DNA from: Thermodesulfobacteriota bacterium
GTDB lineage: Bacteria; Desulfobacterota_D; UBA1144; Nemesobacterales; Mycalebacteriaceae
Direction of reading: 5' to 3'
Length of the DNA: 64,000 nt
Assembly: GCA_965226585.1 (NCBI GenBank)
Contig: OZ245366.1
Coordinates: forward strand, 832,001 to 896,000
Shown: positions 39,345 through 50,047 of the stretch, one piece after another
Position numbering within the stretch: position 1 is the stretch's first letter
Layout: every line of letters begins with the position of its first letter
The notes under the pieces: generated by a model
What the model was told of the DNA's origin: nothing
Database searches by the model: none
The model's input: only the letters and a program-made list of their open reading frames with translations
Program-made: the position numbers and the translations under genes

Positions 39345-39373
39345 ATAATAATTCCGCAACCTTTTGTTGTCAA
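39345..39373 (-). promoter_or_regulatory. Sigma70-type promoter for icd-mdh-sdh-sucC
   Basis: TTGACA-N17-TATTAT upstream of icd. Confidence 0.65.
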
Positions 39374-39386
39374 CGGCGCGCCGCGT

Positions 39387-40241
39387 TCAGTACTCCACCT
39401 GTTTCAGTTCCCAGTACGCCTTTGTGTCTTTCAGATGATCGTTTTCCATAATCAGTTCTACGGGCTTTTTCCCTTCCCTGTCGGTCTTGTTTGTGTTTGC
39501 CCCGTTCTTTATCAGAACAACAACCACCTCAGGGTTTTTGTTGTTCTGCGCGGCTTTTATAAGAGCCGTTTTTCCGTCAAACCCCGTTGCGTTGATGTCT
39601 GCCCCGGCTTCCACAATGGTGAGAACAACGTCTTCGCTGTTGTTGTTCCAAGCCGCTTTCATAAGCGCCGTTTCTCCGTTTGAGTCCACCATGTTGACGT
39701 CCGCCCCGCCTTCTGCGAGCGTTTTGACAACTTCTGAATTGTTGTTCCAAGCTGCGAACATAATCGGTGTTGCGTCATCCTCGTCTTTCGCGTTCACATC
39801 CGCTCCCGCATCTAAAAGGGCTTTGGCAATATCCGCTTTGGGGTTTTTTTCCGCCGCCACCATCAGCACGGTTCTGCCTTCCCTGTTTCGCGCGTTCACA
39901 TCCGCCCCGCTTTCAGTAAGAGCGGAGATGGCTTCAACATCCTGCCTGAGTGTAATGGCAATTATCAGCGGAGACCTGCCCTTTGTGTCTCTCGCGTTCA
40001 CGTCCGCACCGCTTTCTATTGCCTTTTCTATCTGCTTCACAGATGCGTTCTGAAGAAATATGTCGTCAACAAGACTGTTCTTTTCCTTATGCCCCGTGGA
40101 GAGGACTACAACAAGCCCCGCAAGACACAGAGCCGAAAAAACCAGAAGGGCTATAAGCAGTTTTCCCAGTCGCTTTTCCGGCTTCCACCTTACGGGGAAA
40201 GGGTTGAAGTAACCTTTACTGCCTTCTCTTTTCCAAACCAT
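39387..40241 (-). CDS. Membrane-anchored ankyrin-repeat protein
   Basis: N-terminal TM helix, then about five G.T.L..AA....GADVNA.D repeats. Confidence 0.93.
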   Translation of the reverse strand: MVWKREGSKGYFNPFPVRWKPEKRLGKLLIALLVFSALCLAGLVVVLSTGHKEKNSLVDDIFLQNASVKQIEKAIESGADVNARDTKGRSPLIIAITLRQDVEAISALTESGADVNARNREGRTVLMVAAEKNPKADIAKALLDAGADVNAKDEDDATPIMFAAWNNNSEVVKTLAEGGADVNMVDSNGETALMKAAWNNNSEDVVLTIVEAGADINATGFDGKTALIKAAQNNKNPEVVVVLIKNGANTNKTDREGKKPVELIMENDHLKDTKAYWELKQVEY

Positions 40242-40345
40242 TTTTATTTTTATACCTGAGGGGTTTGCCTGTCCCGGCGCTCCCTTATTTCAGCGCCAAT
40301 ATAACAAACCTTTGCGGGAAACACAACAAAGCCCGCGCCCGGGTT

Positions 40346-43015
40346 CTACAGCATCTGTTTCAGAACGGTCTGTAGTATGCCTCCGTTGTTGTAGTATTCA
40401 ACCTCAACCGGACTGTCCAGCCGGCAGATTGCGGTGAATGTTTTCTCCCCGTCTTTGCCGGTTGCTTTTACCTCAACTTCCGCTCCGGGTGTGATTTCCT
40501 TTGAAATCCCGGACACGGAAAAAGTTTCAAACCCCGTAAGCGAAAGAGTTTGCGCGTTTTCGCCTTCTTTGAACTGCAGAGGCAGAACGCCCATTCCGAC
40601 AAGGTTGCTGCGGTGAATTCTTTCGTAACTTTCCGCGATTACATATTTAACGCCCAGAAGCGAAGTGCCTTTTGCCGCCCAGTCCCGTGAGCTTCCCGTG
40701 CCGTATTCCTTGCCCGCGATTACTATCAGCGGAATGCCCTCTTCCATGTATTTTTTCGCGGCGTCGTATATGGGCATCTCGTTTCCCGAAGGTATGTGAA
40801 CCGTGAACCCGCCCTCTGTGCCCGGAACCATAAGATTTTTTATCCTGATATTCGCGAATGTTCCCCTCATCATAACTTCATGGTTTCCGCGCCGCGCGCC
40901 GAAACTGTTGAAGTCTTTCCGCTCAACGCCCTTTGAGACAAGGTAGGTTCCCGCAGGCCCTTCGGCTTGTATAACTCCCGCTGGCGATATGTGGTCTGTC
41001 GTTACGGAGTCTCCGAGAACGGCAAGCGCCCTCGCCCCTTCGGTGTCTCCGCTTTCCCTCTCCGTGCGCGCTTGAGAGAAGTCTTCAAAGAACGGCGGGT
41101 TTCTTATGTAGGTGGACTCTTCATCCCACTCATACAGAGCGCTTGACGGCGCGGAAAGTTCAGTCCACATATCGTCTCCGTCAAAAACTCCCGAATACTG
41201 ACTCTTGAACATCTCAGGGCTTATGGATTCCGAAACCGTTTTGTTTATCTCTTCCTGACTTGGCCAGATGTCTTTCAGAAAAACGTCTTCGCCGCCGGAG
41301 CCCTTTCCGATGGGTGAGGAAAGAACATCTCTGTCAACTGAGCCGGCGAGCGCGAAAGCAACCACAAGCGGCGGAGACGCGAGATACGAAAACTTGACGA
41401 GCGGATGGATTCTGCCCTGAAAATTTCTGTTTCCGCTCAGCACGGAGGCGCAGGTGAGATTGCCATCTTTTATTCCGCGCTCAACCTCTTCGGGCAGAGG
41501 CCCGCTGTTTCCTATGCAGGTTGTGCATCCGTATCCCACAAGGTTGAAGCCCAGGGCTTCAAGCGGCTTGAGAAGACCAGCGGCGGACAGGTAGTCGGTA
41601 ACCACCCTTGAGCCGGGGGCGAGGCTTGTTTTCACATACGGTTTTACACTCATTCCCCTTTCAACCGCCTTTTTCGCGAGAAGCCCGGCGGCAACCATAA
41701 CGGAAGGGTTTGACGTGTTTGTGCAACTTGTTATCGCCGCTATTACGACCGAGCCGTCACTTATTTCGTGTTTTTCATTTTTAATCTCAATGCCGGCTTT
41801 TCCGTCTCCCGCTCCGTCCGTTTTTTCCTTCAAACTTTTCCTGTAAGACTCACGGAGATTTTCAAGGGCGACCCTGTCTTGAGGTCTGTCGGGTCCCGCA
41901 ACTGAAGGCACGACCGTTGAGATGTCGAGTTCAAGTGTGTCCGTGTAGACGGGCTCGTGCCCCGCTTTTCTGAAAAGAGTTTGCTCGGTGGAGTATTTCT
42001 CAATCAGTTCCGAGCGGTCGCCCCTTCCGGTGGAGTTCACATAGCGCAGGGTTTCCGAATCGGTCGGGAAGAATCCCATTGTCGCCCCGTATTCGGGAGC
42101 CATATTTGCTATGGTCGCCCTGTCGGAAAGCGAAAGTTGTGAAAGCCCGTCTCCGTAAAACTCCACAAATTTTCCGACCACTCCCTTTTTTCTGAGCATT
42201 TCCGTAACGGTAAGAACCACGTCGGTTGCCGTGATGCCTTCAGACGGACTGCCGGTGATTTTGAATCCCGTAACTTCGGGCATAACCATGTAGAGGGGCT
42301 GTCCGAGCATACACGCCTCGGCTTCTATTCCGCCCACTCCCCAGCCGGCAACGCTGAGCCCGTTTATCATTGTCGTGTGAGAGTCCGTGCCGACAAGCGT
42401 GTCGGGATAGGCGACTGTCTTCCCGTCTTTTTCCGATGACGCGACAACATCGGCGAGGCACTCAAGATTTACCTGATGCACAATTCCTGTTCCCGGAGGA
42501 ACAACCCTGAAATTGTCAAACGAGTTTTGCGCCCATTTCAGAAAACGGTAGCGCTCAACGTTCCTTTTGTATTCCAGTTCAACATTTTTCACAAAGGCGT
42601 CTCCGGAGGAAAAGTAGTCAACCTGTATTGAGTGGTCTATCACGAGGTCAACCGGAACCACCGGGTTTATGCGCGAGTGGTCTGCTCCTTCAATTTTGCT
42701 TACGGCGTCCCGCATTGAAGCGAGATCTGCCACGCAGGGAACTCCCGTGAAATCCTGAAGTATCACCCGCGCGGGCTTGTAGGGTATCTCCCTGTTTGAT
42801 TTTTCGCCTTTCCAGTTCGCAATAGACAGAACGTGCTCTTCCGTAACGGTTTTGCCGTCGCAGTTCCTCAGGGCGTTTTCCAGAAGAACCTTTATGGAGA
42901 AAGGAAGGCGGCTGAGGTCTTTGCCGAGTTTTTCCTCAAGTTTGCGCACAGAGTATATGTGGTAGCGTTTTCCGCCCGCCTCAATCTCTTTGAGAGTGTT
43001 GAATCTGTCCTGCAT
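40346..43015 (-). CDS. acnA: Aconitate hydratase A
   Basis: [37 protein letters not shown] and [10 protein letters not shown] motifs. Confidence 0.99.
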   Translation of the reverse strand: MQDRFNTLKEIEAGGKRYHIYSVRKLEEKLGKDLSRLPFSIKVLLENALRNCDGKTVTEEHVLSIANWKGEKSNREIPYKPARVILQDFTGVPCVADLASMRDAVSKIEGADHSRINPVVPVDLVIDHSIQVDYFSSGDAFVKNVELEYKRNVERYRFLKWAQNSFDNFRVVPPGTGIVHQVNLECLADVVASSEKDGKTVAYPDTLVGTDSHTTMINGLSVAGWGVGGIEAEACMLGQPLYMVMPEVTGFKITGSPSEGITATDVVLTVTEMLRKKGVVGKFVEFYGDGLSQLSLSDRATIANMAPEYGATMGFFPTDSETLRYVNSTGRGDRSELIEKYSTEQTLFRKAGHEPVYTDTLELDISTVVPSVAGPDRPQDRVALENLRESYRKSLKEKTDGAGDGKAGIEIKNEKHEISDGSVVIAAITSCTNTSNPSVMVAAGLLAKKAVERGMSVKPYVKTSLAPGSRVVTDYLSAAGLLKPLEALGFNLVGYGCTTCIGNSGPLPEEVERGIKDGNLTCASVLSGNRNFQGRIHPLVKFSYLASPPLVVAFALAGSVDRDVLSSPIGKGSGGEDVFLKDIWPSQEEINKTVSESISPEMFKSQYSGVFDGDDMWTELSAPSSALYEWDEESTYIRNPPFFEDFSQARTERESGDTEGARALAVLGDSVTTDHISPAGVIQAEGPAGTYLVSKGVERKDFNSFGARRGNHEVMMRGTFANIRIKNLMVPGTEGGFTVHIPSGNEMPIYDAAKKYMEEGIPLIVIAGKEYGTGSSRDWAAKGTSLLGVKYVIAESYERIHRSNLVGMGVLPLQFKEGENAQTLSLTGFETFSVSGISKEITPGAEVEVKATGKDGEKTFTAICRLDSPVEVEYYNNGGILQTVLKQML

Positions 43016-43058
43016 GATGGGTTTTTGTTTGTCCGCCTTTTGCGCGCGGTGCTCGCCC

Positions 43059-44291
43059 CTAATCTACCCGACTGAGCGCGATTACGGAGTTTGTGCCTCC
43101 AAATCCGTAGGAGTTGGTAAGCACGGTTTTAAGTTTTGCTTCGCGCGCTTCGTTCGGCACGTAGTCAAGATCGCATTCGGGGTCTTTTGTAAAAAGATTT
43201 ATGGTCGGCGGTATGACGGAGTTCTTAATTGCCAGAGCGCAGATGCACGCCTCAGCCGTTCCGGTTGCGCCAAGCATATGCCCGGTCATTGACTTTGTGG
43301 AACTGACAGCGATTTCATAAGCCCTGTCGCCGAAAACCTCTTTTATGGCGGCGGTTTCGTTCGCGTCATTCAGTTTTGTGGATGTGCCGTGCGCGTTGAT
43401 GTAGTCAATCTCATCAGGATTGACGCCTGAGTTCTGAAGAGCCATTTGCATACACCTCACGGGCCCGTCAAGGGACGGCGCGGTTATGTGATGCGCGTCT
43501 CCGGTCATTCCGGCTCCCAGCACTTCGGCGTATATGTCTGCCCCGCGCGCCTTTGCGAATTCGAACTCTTCAAGAACAACAATGCCCGCGCCTTCGGCGA
43601 GAATGAAGCCGTCTCTGTCAAGGTCAAAAGGTCTTGATGCGGTTGCGGGGTCGTCATTTCTTGTTGAAAGCGCTTTTATCACATTGAAGCCCGCAACCGT
43701 CAGGGGAACAAGAGGGGCTTCGCTTCCGCCCGCTATCATGGCGTCCGCGTCTCCGTTTTTAATCAGCATTGCCGCAAGAGACAGAGAGTGCCCGCTTGCC
43801 GCGCAGGCGGTTGTGGTGCTGCAGTTGGGACCTCGCGCGTTGAACTTGATTGACGCGTACCCCGCCGCCATGTTCGTTACCACGTTTGGAATAAAGAAAG
43901 GCGAAACCCTTCCGGGACCTTTTTCGTCCAGTGTTCGAACCATGTCGCAGTAGGTTGTCGTTCCGCCGATTCCGGACGCTATAATCATTCCGACCCTCGG
44001 AGAAATGCTGTCCGTAATCTCAAGCCCTGAGTCTTTAATAGCTAGGCCTGTTGCCGCAATGGCGTAATGAATAAAAGGGTCATCTCTGCGGGCTTCACGC
44101 GCAGACATGAAGTCTTCCGGGTTGAAACCCTTGACCTCGCCCGCTATACGGGTTTTGTTGTCCGAGGTATCAAACCTGGTTATCTCAGCGACACCGCTTT
44201 GACCGTTGCACACGGCTTCCCAGGTTTTTTTGTGTCCGATACCGAGAGGGGTTATAAGGCCGAGTCCGGTGATGACGACTCTACGCGCCAT
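43059..44291 (-). CDS. fabF: Beta-ketoacyl-ACP synthase II
   Basis: [17 protein letters not shown] and GFGG motifs. Confidence 0.97.
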   Translation of the reverse strand: MARRVVITGLGLITPLGIGHKKTWEAVCNGQSGVAEITRFDTSDNKTRIAGEVKGFNPEDFMSAREARRDDPFIHYAIAATGLAIKDSGLEITDSISPRVGMIIASGIGGTTTYCDMVRTLDEKGPGRVSPFFIPNVVTNMAAGYASIKFNARGPNCSTTTACAASGHSLSLAAMLIKNGDADAMIAGGSEAPLVPLTVAGFNVIKALSTRNDDPATASRPFDLDRDGFILAEGAGIVVLEEFEFAKARGADIYAEVLGAGMTGDAHHITAPSLDGPVRCMQMALQNSGVNPDEIDYINAHGTSTKLNDANETAAIKEVFGDRAYEIAVSSTKSMTGHMLGATGTAEACICALAIKNSVIPPTINLFTKDPECDLDYVPNEAREAKLKTVLTNSYGFGGTNSVIALSRVD

Positions 44292-44541
44292 CTCCCTGGC
44301 TCTCCTTTATGAAATCAACCGCATCCTGAACGGTAACAATTTTTTCAACGTCTTCGTCCAGAATCTCGATTCCGAACTCGTCCTCTATTGACATGACCAA
44401 CTCAACCAGATCCAGAGAGTCGGCTCCAAGGTCGTCAATGAAAGACATTTCAGGCTCAATTTCATCAGCCGCCTTGCCGAACTGCTGGGCTATCATGCCC
44501 TTAACCTTCCCTATCATTTCGGTTTCTTTCTCTTGAGACAT
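44281..44541 (-). CDS. acpP: Acyl carrier protein
   Basis: [14 protein letters not shown] motif. Confidence 0.97.
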   Translation of the reverse strand: MSQEKETEMIGKVKGMIAQQFGKAADEIEPEMSFIDDLGADSLDLVELVMSIEDEFGIEILDEDVEKIVTVQDAVDFIKESQGDGA

Positions 44542-44585
44542 TTGAATCCTCCTTTTTGATTTGTCTTTTATATCTCTTTTGCCTG

Positions 44586-45338
44586 TTAAATGTAAAGACC
44601 GCCGTTAACTTTTATTATTTCTCCCGTTATGTAAGACGCTTTTTCAGAAGCGAGAAAAACCACCGCGCCGGAAATATCGCCCGTATTTCCGTACCTGCCA
44701 AGTGGAATTGATTCAAGGTACGTGTTTTTCATTTCTTCGGGAATGGAAGCCGTTATGTCTGTCTCCACAAATCCGGGACTCACTGCGTTCACGGTTACGC
44801 CCCTTGAAGCGAACTCTTTCGCGGCGGATTTTGTAAACCCTATTATGCCCGCTTTCGCGGCGGAGTAGTTAATCTGTCCGGGATTTCCCATCTCACCCAC
44901 AACGGAGGTGATGCTTATTATCCTTCCGTATTTTTCGTTCAGCATATTTCTTGCCACCGCTTTCGTGCAGTTGAATACACCTTTGAGATTTGTGTCCAGA
45001 ACTTCGTCCCAGTCCGTTTCCGCCATTCTGACAAACAATTTGTCTTTCGTGATTCCGGCGTTGTTGACGAGTATCTGAATGCCGCGCTTCTCAACAATCG
45101 GGGAAAGGGCTTTGTCCACCGCTTTGCCGTCTGAAACATCAAACCGCAAAACCTCTCCGCTTCCGCCGTCGCTTTTTATCCGTCCGAGAGTGTCTTCCGC
45201 CGCGTCCGGGTTTGAGGCACAGTTCACAATCACGTGGCAACCTTGCGCCGCAAGGTCTATCGCCGTTTGTTTTCCTATCCCCCTTGACGCTCCCGTAACG
45301 AGAGCGGTTTTGCCCCTGAATGCTCCGTCAGAACTCAT
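44586..45338 (-). CDS. fabG: 3-oxoacyl-ACP reductase
   Basis: [14 protein letters not shown] and YSAAKAG motifs; start at ATG 45338. Confidence 0.96.
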   Translation of the reverse strand: MSSDGAFRGKTALVTGASRGIGKQTAIDLAAQGCHVIVNCASNPDAAEDTLGRIKSDGGSGEVLRFDVSDGKAVDKALSPIVEKRGIQILVNNAGITKDKLFVRMAETDWDEVLDTNLKGVFNCTKAVARNMLNEKYGRIISITSVVGEMGNPGQINYSAAKAGIIGFTKSAAKEFASRGVTVNAVSPGFVETDITASIPEEMKNTYLESIPLGRYGNTGDISGAVVFLASEKASYITGEIIKVNGGLYI

Positions 45339-45342
45339 TTCG

Positions 45343-46254
45343 CTAAATCTTATGCAAATGCTCCGCCATTTCAAGATTGGCGGTTTCCGCCTCCGCGACA
45401 GTTCTTCTTATCAGCCCGCACAGTGCCCTGCCGGGACCTATCTCAATAAACCTGCCGACCCCTCCGCTCTTCATATATTCCACCGATTCAGACCATCTGA
45501 CCGGACCCGTTATCTGTTTCAGCAGGAGCTCTTTAACCCTTTGCGGGTCGCTGTTTCCTTCCGCTTCAAAGTTTGTGACAACCGGCGTTTTGATTTCAGA
45601 CACCTTCACTTCGTCAAGAAAGGCGGCAAGTTTTTCAGCCGCCGGGCTCATAAGCGGGCAGTGGAAAGGCGCGCTCACTTTCAGAGGCACGGCTCTTTTC
45701 GCCCCGCGCTCAAGCGCCTCTTTTCCCGCCCGTTCAACCGCTCCCGCGGCTCCCGAAATTACCGTCTGTTCGGGCGAGTTGTAGTTTGCGGGCCACACGC
45801 CTCCGTTACCGGAAGCGGCGCAAATATCCTCAACATCTTTCTTTGCGAGACCGATTATCGCCGCCATCGCCCCTTCACCCGAAGGAACCGCCTCCTGCAT
45901 CAACTCGCCTCTTTTTCTTACAGTTCGCACCGCGTCTGAAAACTCAATCGCCCCCGCGCACACAAGCGCGGAATATTCTCCGAGGCTGTGCCCGGCGACA
46001 AATTCGGGCTTCAATTCCGTTTCCTTCTCAAGCGCGGCAAGCGCCGCAGTGCTGACGGTCAGAATCGCGGGCTGAGCGTTAAAGGTGAGACTAAGGGTTT
46101 CCTCATCTGAGTCGAAACACAGTTTTGCCATGTCTTTGCCGGTGGAGTCGCTTGCCTCCTCAAACACGGCGCGAGCTTCGGGAAAGTTGTCGTAAAAATC
46201 CTTTCCCATTCCAACGTTTTGAGAACCTTGTCCGGGGAAAACAAAAGCTGTCAT
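45343..46254 (-). CDS. fabD: Malonyl-CoA:ACP transacylase
   Basis: FPGQGSQ, GHSLGEY and SAPFH motifs. Confidence 0.97.
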   Translation of the reverse strand: MTAFVFPGQGSQNVGMGKDFYDNFPEARAVFEEASDSTGKDMAKLCFDSDEETLSLTFNAQPAILTVSTAALAALEKETELKPEFVAGHSLGEYSALVCAGAIEFSDAVRTVRKRGELMQEAVPSGEGAMAAIIGLAKKDVEDICAASGNGGVWPANYNSPEQTVISGAAGAVERAGKEALERGAKRAVPLKVSAPFHCPLMSPAAEKLAAFLDEVKVSEIKTPVVTNFEAEGNSDPQRVKELLLKQITGPVRWSESVEYMKSGGVGRFIEIGPGRALCGLIRRTVAEAETANLEMAEHLHKI

Positions 46255-46297
46255 TTTGGTTTCAGTTCCGCGCGCGGCTTTTGCGGCGGGGAGCGGT

Positions 46298-46492
46298 TTA
46301 TTCCTCAGCCTCTCCGGACTCCTCTCTCATAAAAGGTTTTCCTTTATAGTGGCCGCAGTGCGGGCACGCCCTGTGCGGATGCATTTTCTCATTGCACTCC
46401 GGACACATTGAACTCGCGGGCACAGCCGCCTTGTAGTGTGTCCTTCTCTTTTTTGATTTTGAAGTTGAAGTTTTTCTCTTTGGTACTGCCAT
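46298..46492 (-). CDS. rpmF: 50S ribosomal protein L32
   Basis: MAVPKRKTS and CPEC...HRACPHCG.Y motifs. Confidence 0.97.
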   Translation of the reverse strand: MAVPKRKTSTSKSKKRRTHYKAAVPASSMCPECNEKMHPHRACPHCGHYKGKPFMREESGEAEE

Positions 46493-46504
46493 GCTGTTTC
46501 TCCT

Positions 46505-46993
46505 TTATCCCGCCGTTACCGGCAGATTTTTAAGAGCGTTGAACTTTGAGTTCTCCGCCTCTGCCTCCGTGCAACCGCAGGTTTGTTCATTCAAGTTCGC
46601 CCCGCATCCCGGACACAGTCCTTTGCAGTTTCCCGCGCACACAAGACGTTCGGGCATCGCCATCGCAACCTGTTCTCTCATCTCGTCCGAAATATCTATT
46701 ACGTTTCCGCCTTCTTCAGGCATGGGGAAAAACGAGTCAATCCGGCGGCTTACGCCCTTTTTTGCTTCGTTCAGGCAACGCGAACACAGGGAAACCATCT
46801 CAAACGACAACTCTCCCAAAACGCGCAACTGCCCGCCCATTTTCTCAATCCCCGCGCTGAACAATATCGGGGAAGTCAGTTTCGTGTCACCTTTTTCTTC
46901 AGCGATTTCTTTTATGTTGGTGAGCCAGCCGGCATCTCTGGAAACCTCAAAAAACAGACATTCGTCCTCAATTTCCCGCTGTTTGAAAATCAT
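46505..46993 (-). CDS. yceD: DUF177/YceD family protein
   Basis: CSRCL and C...CKGLCPGCG.NLN...C motifs; upstream of rpmF. Confidence 0.9.
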   Translation of the reverse strand: MIFKQREIEDECLFFEVSRDAGWLTNIKEIAEEKGDTKLTSPILFSAGIEKMGGQLRVLGELSFEMVSLCSRCLNEAKKGVSRRIDSFFPMPEEGGNVIDISDEMREQVAMAMPERLVCAGNCKGLCPGCGANLNEQTCGCTEAEAENSKFNALKNLPVTAG

Positions 46994-47070
46994 CGGCGCA
47001 CCGCGAAAACGCTCAAAATCCGCCTCAAATATAAATAGTAACGGAGGTTTTGCAAATGCCCCCGGCTTCT

Positions 47071-47826
47071 TCACCCGCCGCCGTCTTTCTTTTCAAGAAA
47101 CGGTTTGAGCATGTCAATTGGAATGGGAAGGATAATTGTTGAGTTCCGCTCGGATGGCAAATCCGACAGCGCTTGAAGAAACCTCAACTGAAGGGACGCG
47201 GGGTTTTTTGAGAGAATATCCGATGCTTCGGAGATTTTTTGTGACGCCTGAAACTCTCCCTCCGCGCTTATGATGCGCGCCCTTCTCTCCCTTTCGGCTT
47301 CCGCCTGCTTTGCCATCGCCCTCTGCATCTCCTGAGGGAGGTCAACGTGTTTAACCTCAACAAGCGTAACCTTGATTCCCCAGTCATCAGTTTGCGAGTC
47401 AAGAATCTCCTGCAGTTTCATATTGAGTGATTCCCTCTCGGTCAGAAGATCATCCAGTTCAACCTGTCCGAGTACGCTTCTGAGGGTTGTCTGCGCGAGC
47501 TGTGATGTGGCGTAGTAGTAGTTCTCAACCTTCACGATTGTGTTGATCGGGTCAACCACCCTGAAGTAGAGCACGGCGTTGACCTTGACCGAAACGTTGT
47601 CTTTTGTAATAACGTCTTGAGGGGGAACATCCATCGCGATTACGCGAAGGCTGATTCTTGTCAACTTATCAACGAAGGGGATTATCCACACAAATCCGGG
47701 TCCCTTGACACCGATAACGCGCCCCAGCCGCATAACGACTCCCCTTTCGTATTCTTTCAGAATCTTGGTTCCCGATATAATAATCAGGACGAGAATTATC
47801 AGCAGTGGTGTGTATGATGCAAACAT
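47071..47826 (-). CDS. SPFH/stomatin-like protein
   Basis: [20 protein letters not shown] and [10 protein letters not shown] motifs. Confidence 0.95.
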   Translation of the reverse strand: MFASYTPLLIILVLIIISGTKILKEYERGVVMRLGRVIGVKGPGFVWIIPFVDKLTRISLRVIAMDVPPQDVITKDNVSVKVNAVLYFRVVDPINTIVKVENYYYATSQLAQTTLRSVLGQVELDDLLTERESLNMKLQEILDSQTDDWGIKVTLVEVKHVDLPQEMQRAMAKQAEAERERRARIISAEGEFQASQKISEASDILSKNPASLQLRFLQALSDLPSERNSTIILPIPIDMLKPFLEKKDGGG

Positions 47827-47847
47827 TGTGTCTCCGTTTTGTGCGTC

Positions 47848-49155
47848 TTAACTTTTTTGTCCGGGGGATTGCCGGTCAAACCGCTCAACTTTCAGCCTCA
47901 TTCCCCGGCTTTTTCCGCGAACCACAACCTCTGAGCCTTCAGACAATGGGTCGCCGCTTTCCGCCTTCCAGTATTCCCCGCCGATGAGAACTATACCTCT
48001 GCCGTCCTTCCAGTCAACAACCGTCCCCTCCCTGCCTTCGCCGTGAGTGTCTCCGCCCAGATACCGTATTTTCGGGGAGCGAATCATCGAGAAAACCACG
48101 GCGGCAAAAAGTATGCCGAACATTCCCGCGGTTGCCGCGAGGGTTTTTCCGCCCACACCGATGCCCGTCTGCGCGGGGTCAAAAAGAAGCAGACCTCCGG
48201 CAGTCAGCGACACTATTCCCGCGATTGCGAGAAGCCCGTAACTTGTCATAAAAACCTCCGCCGTCATCAAACCCGCGCCCAGAATTACAAGCCCGAGCCC
48301 CGCGTAACTGAAAGGAAGTATCTGCAGTGAGGCGAAAGCCAGAATCAGGGCTATGGCGCCCACAACGCCCGGGAAAATGCTTCCGGGATTGTAAATCTCC
48401 ATCAGAATTCCGATTGAGCCCAGAGACAGCAGAAGGTATGCGATGTCCGGCGAGCCGAGTATGTTTCCCATTCGCTGGCGCGCTGTCATTTTGTGAGTGA
48501 GTATCTTCGCCCCCGCCGTTGAGAGGCTCACCTTTTTTCCATCCGCCTTCACGGCGGTTCCGTCTATCTTTTCAAGAAGCGAACTCAAGCTTTCCGCCGT
48601 CAGGTCTGAGATGTTGTTTTTGAGCGCGTACTCCCACGTTACGGACGAACTTTTCGTAACCGCCTTGACCGCCCATTTTTTGTTGCGATCTCTCTGCTCC
48701 GCGATGCTTTCAATGTAAGACGAGGCGAAGTTTTCTATCTTTTCTCCCGCTCCGCCCTCTTCAACCTTGCCCTGCATGGTAACGGGACGGGCGGCGCCGA
48801 TGCTTGTGCCCGGAGCCATCGCCGTTACGTGCGCCGCGAGAAATATGAAAACTCCGGCGGATGTGGCGGTTGCCCCGGATGGCGAAACATAGGCGACCAC
48901 AGGAACCGGAGAGTTCAGAATGTCTTTGACTATATCCTTTGTTGAAGTAAGCAGACCGCCCGGCGTGTCTATGATTATCACAACCGCAGACGCTTTTTCA
49001 TTCTCCGCTTTTTCTATTCCCGTCTTTATGAATTCCGCTGAAAAAGGGTTGACTGTTCCGTCAAGAGAAACCGTTACCACGGTTTTTTCCTCCGCTCCCG
49101 CGACTGCGGCAAATACCGCGAATAGAAAAATTATGTATAAAAAACAGCCGCGCAT
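47848..49155 (-). CDS. nfeD: NfeD family membrane-bound protease
   Basis: DTPGG, ATSAG and APGTSIGAA motifs; TM region; C-terminal GEYWKA OB-fold; paired with the SPFH gene. Confidence 0.92.
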   Translation of the reverse strand: MRGCFLYIIFLFAVFAAVAGAEEKTVVTVSLDGTVNPFSAEFIKTGIEKAENEKASAVVIIIDTPGGLLTSTKDIVKDILNSPVPVVAYVSPSGATATSAGVFIFLAAHVTAMAPGTSIGAARPVTMQGKVEEGGAGEKIENFASSYIESIAEQRDRNKKWAVKAVTKSSSVTWEYALKNNISDLTAESLSSLLEKIDGTAVKADGKKVSLSTAGAKILTHKMTARQRMGNILGSPDIAYLLLSLGSIGILMEIYNPGSIFPGVVGAIALILAFASLQILPFSYAGLGLVILGAGLMTAEVFMTSYGLLAIAGIVSLTAGGLLLFDPAQTGIGVGGKTLAATAGMFGILFAAVVFSMIRSPKIRYLGGDTHGEGREGTVVDWKDGRGIVLIGGEYWKAESGDPLSEGSEVVVRGKSRGMRLKVERFDRQSPGQKS

Positions 49156-49197
49156 CTTGCTACACCGCACTTGAAAAAATATAATAACCGCGAGTTA

Positions 49198-49866
49198 ATG
49201 AATAACAACGACCAAAACCCGGATCCCTTATCCGGTTCCGGAGGCGGAATGCCGGGGCAGTTTTCCACTGTTGAAAACATACGCGCTCTCATCGCCCGTA
49301 TGGGCGCGCTCACCATTGTTGCCCTTCTTCTTGTGCCCGTTACGGCTTTTCTGGTTTACGCGGTTTACTCCAAATCGCAAGACGCGAAGTTCTCAGAAGC
49401 AACTGCCGCGATAGAGACTGCGATAGAGGCGTATGGCGGCGGCGAAGTGGATGAGTCTCTTGGAATACTCATGGAAGTGAGAACCGGGTTTGCCGGCACG
49501 AAACCGGCAAAGGTCGCCGAATACTACGAAGGGGCAATACTGTTTTCCATTGAAGACGATGAGAAAGCACTTGAGCGGATGGAAAGTTTGCTCTCCTCTT
49601 CGCCGGACGAGCTTTTGAGGAATGAAACGCTTTTTATGGCGGGCTTTTCAAACTTCCGCCTGAAGCGGTGGGATGAAGCGATTGCCTACTTTGAAAAACT
49701 GGCGCGGAGCGCGAACGTGTCTTATCAGAAAAGAGTTCTCCCGCTTCTGGGAACCGCATATATGAAGAAAGGGGAAAAGGTGAAAGCCGAAGCCGTTTAT
49801 AAAAGATTTGTAACCGCTTTCCCGAAAGCGAACATAATCGGCAATGAGACCGAAGATTCAAATTAG
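49198..49866 (+). CDS. Membrane-anchored TPR protein (YfgM-like)
   Basis: Single TM helix followed by TPR-like helices. Confidence 0.7.
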   Translation: MNNNDQNPDPLSGSGGGMPGQFSTVENIRALIARMGALTIVALLLVPVTAFLVYAVYSKSQDAKFSEATAAIETAIEAYGGGEVDESLGILMEVRTGFAGTKPAKVAEYYEGAILFSIEDDEKALERMESLLSSSPDELLRNETLFMAGFSNFRLKRWDEAIAYFEKLARSANVSYQKRVLPLLGTAYMKKGEKVKAEAVYKRFVTAFPKANIIGNETEDSN

Positions 49867-49912
49867 CTTCCGTGTTTAAGATTTTACGCGGGAATATCCG
49901 CGGGATATTTTT

Positions 49913-49995
49913 TGCCGAAGGGGGGACTCGAACCCCCACGCCGCAAGGGCACTACCCCCTTAAGATAGCGCGTCTACCAATTCCGCCACTTCGGC
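49913..49995 (-). tRNA. tRNA-Leu, anticodon AAG (CCA not encoded)
   Basis: GCCGAAG/CTTCGGC acceptor stem, D-loop GAATTGGTAGA, anticodon arm CTATC-TT-AAG-GG-GGTAG, long variable arm, T-loop TTCGAGT, discriminator A. Confidence 0.95.
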
Positions 49996-50006
49996 TGTGG
50001 GAACCG

Positions 50007-50015
50007 ATTGTATCA
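50007..50015 (-). promoter_or_regulatory. Extended -10 promoter for tRNA-Leu
   Basis: TG-A-TACAAT 11 nt upstream of the tRNA 5' end. Confidence 0.5.
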
Positions 50016-50047
50016 CAATTAGGCTTCAAATGAAGTTCCAAATGACT

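Noticed and set aside
47071..49155. nfeD-SPFH pair as a novel system
   Set aside because: This is a well-known conserved gene pair
49913..49995. Reading the anticodon as TAA
   Set aside because: The 5-bp stem CTATC/GGTAG fixes the 7-nt loop TTAAGGG and centres AAG; a TAA register breaks the stem
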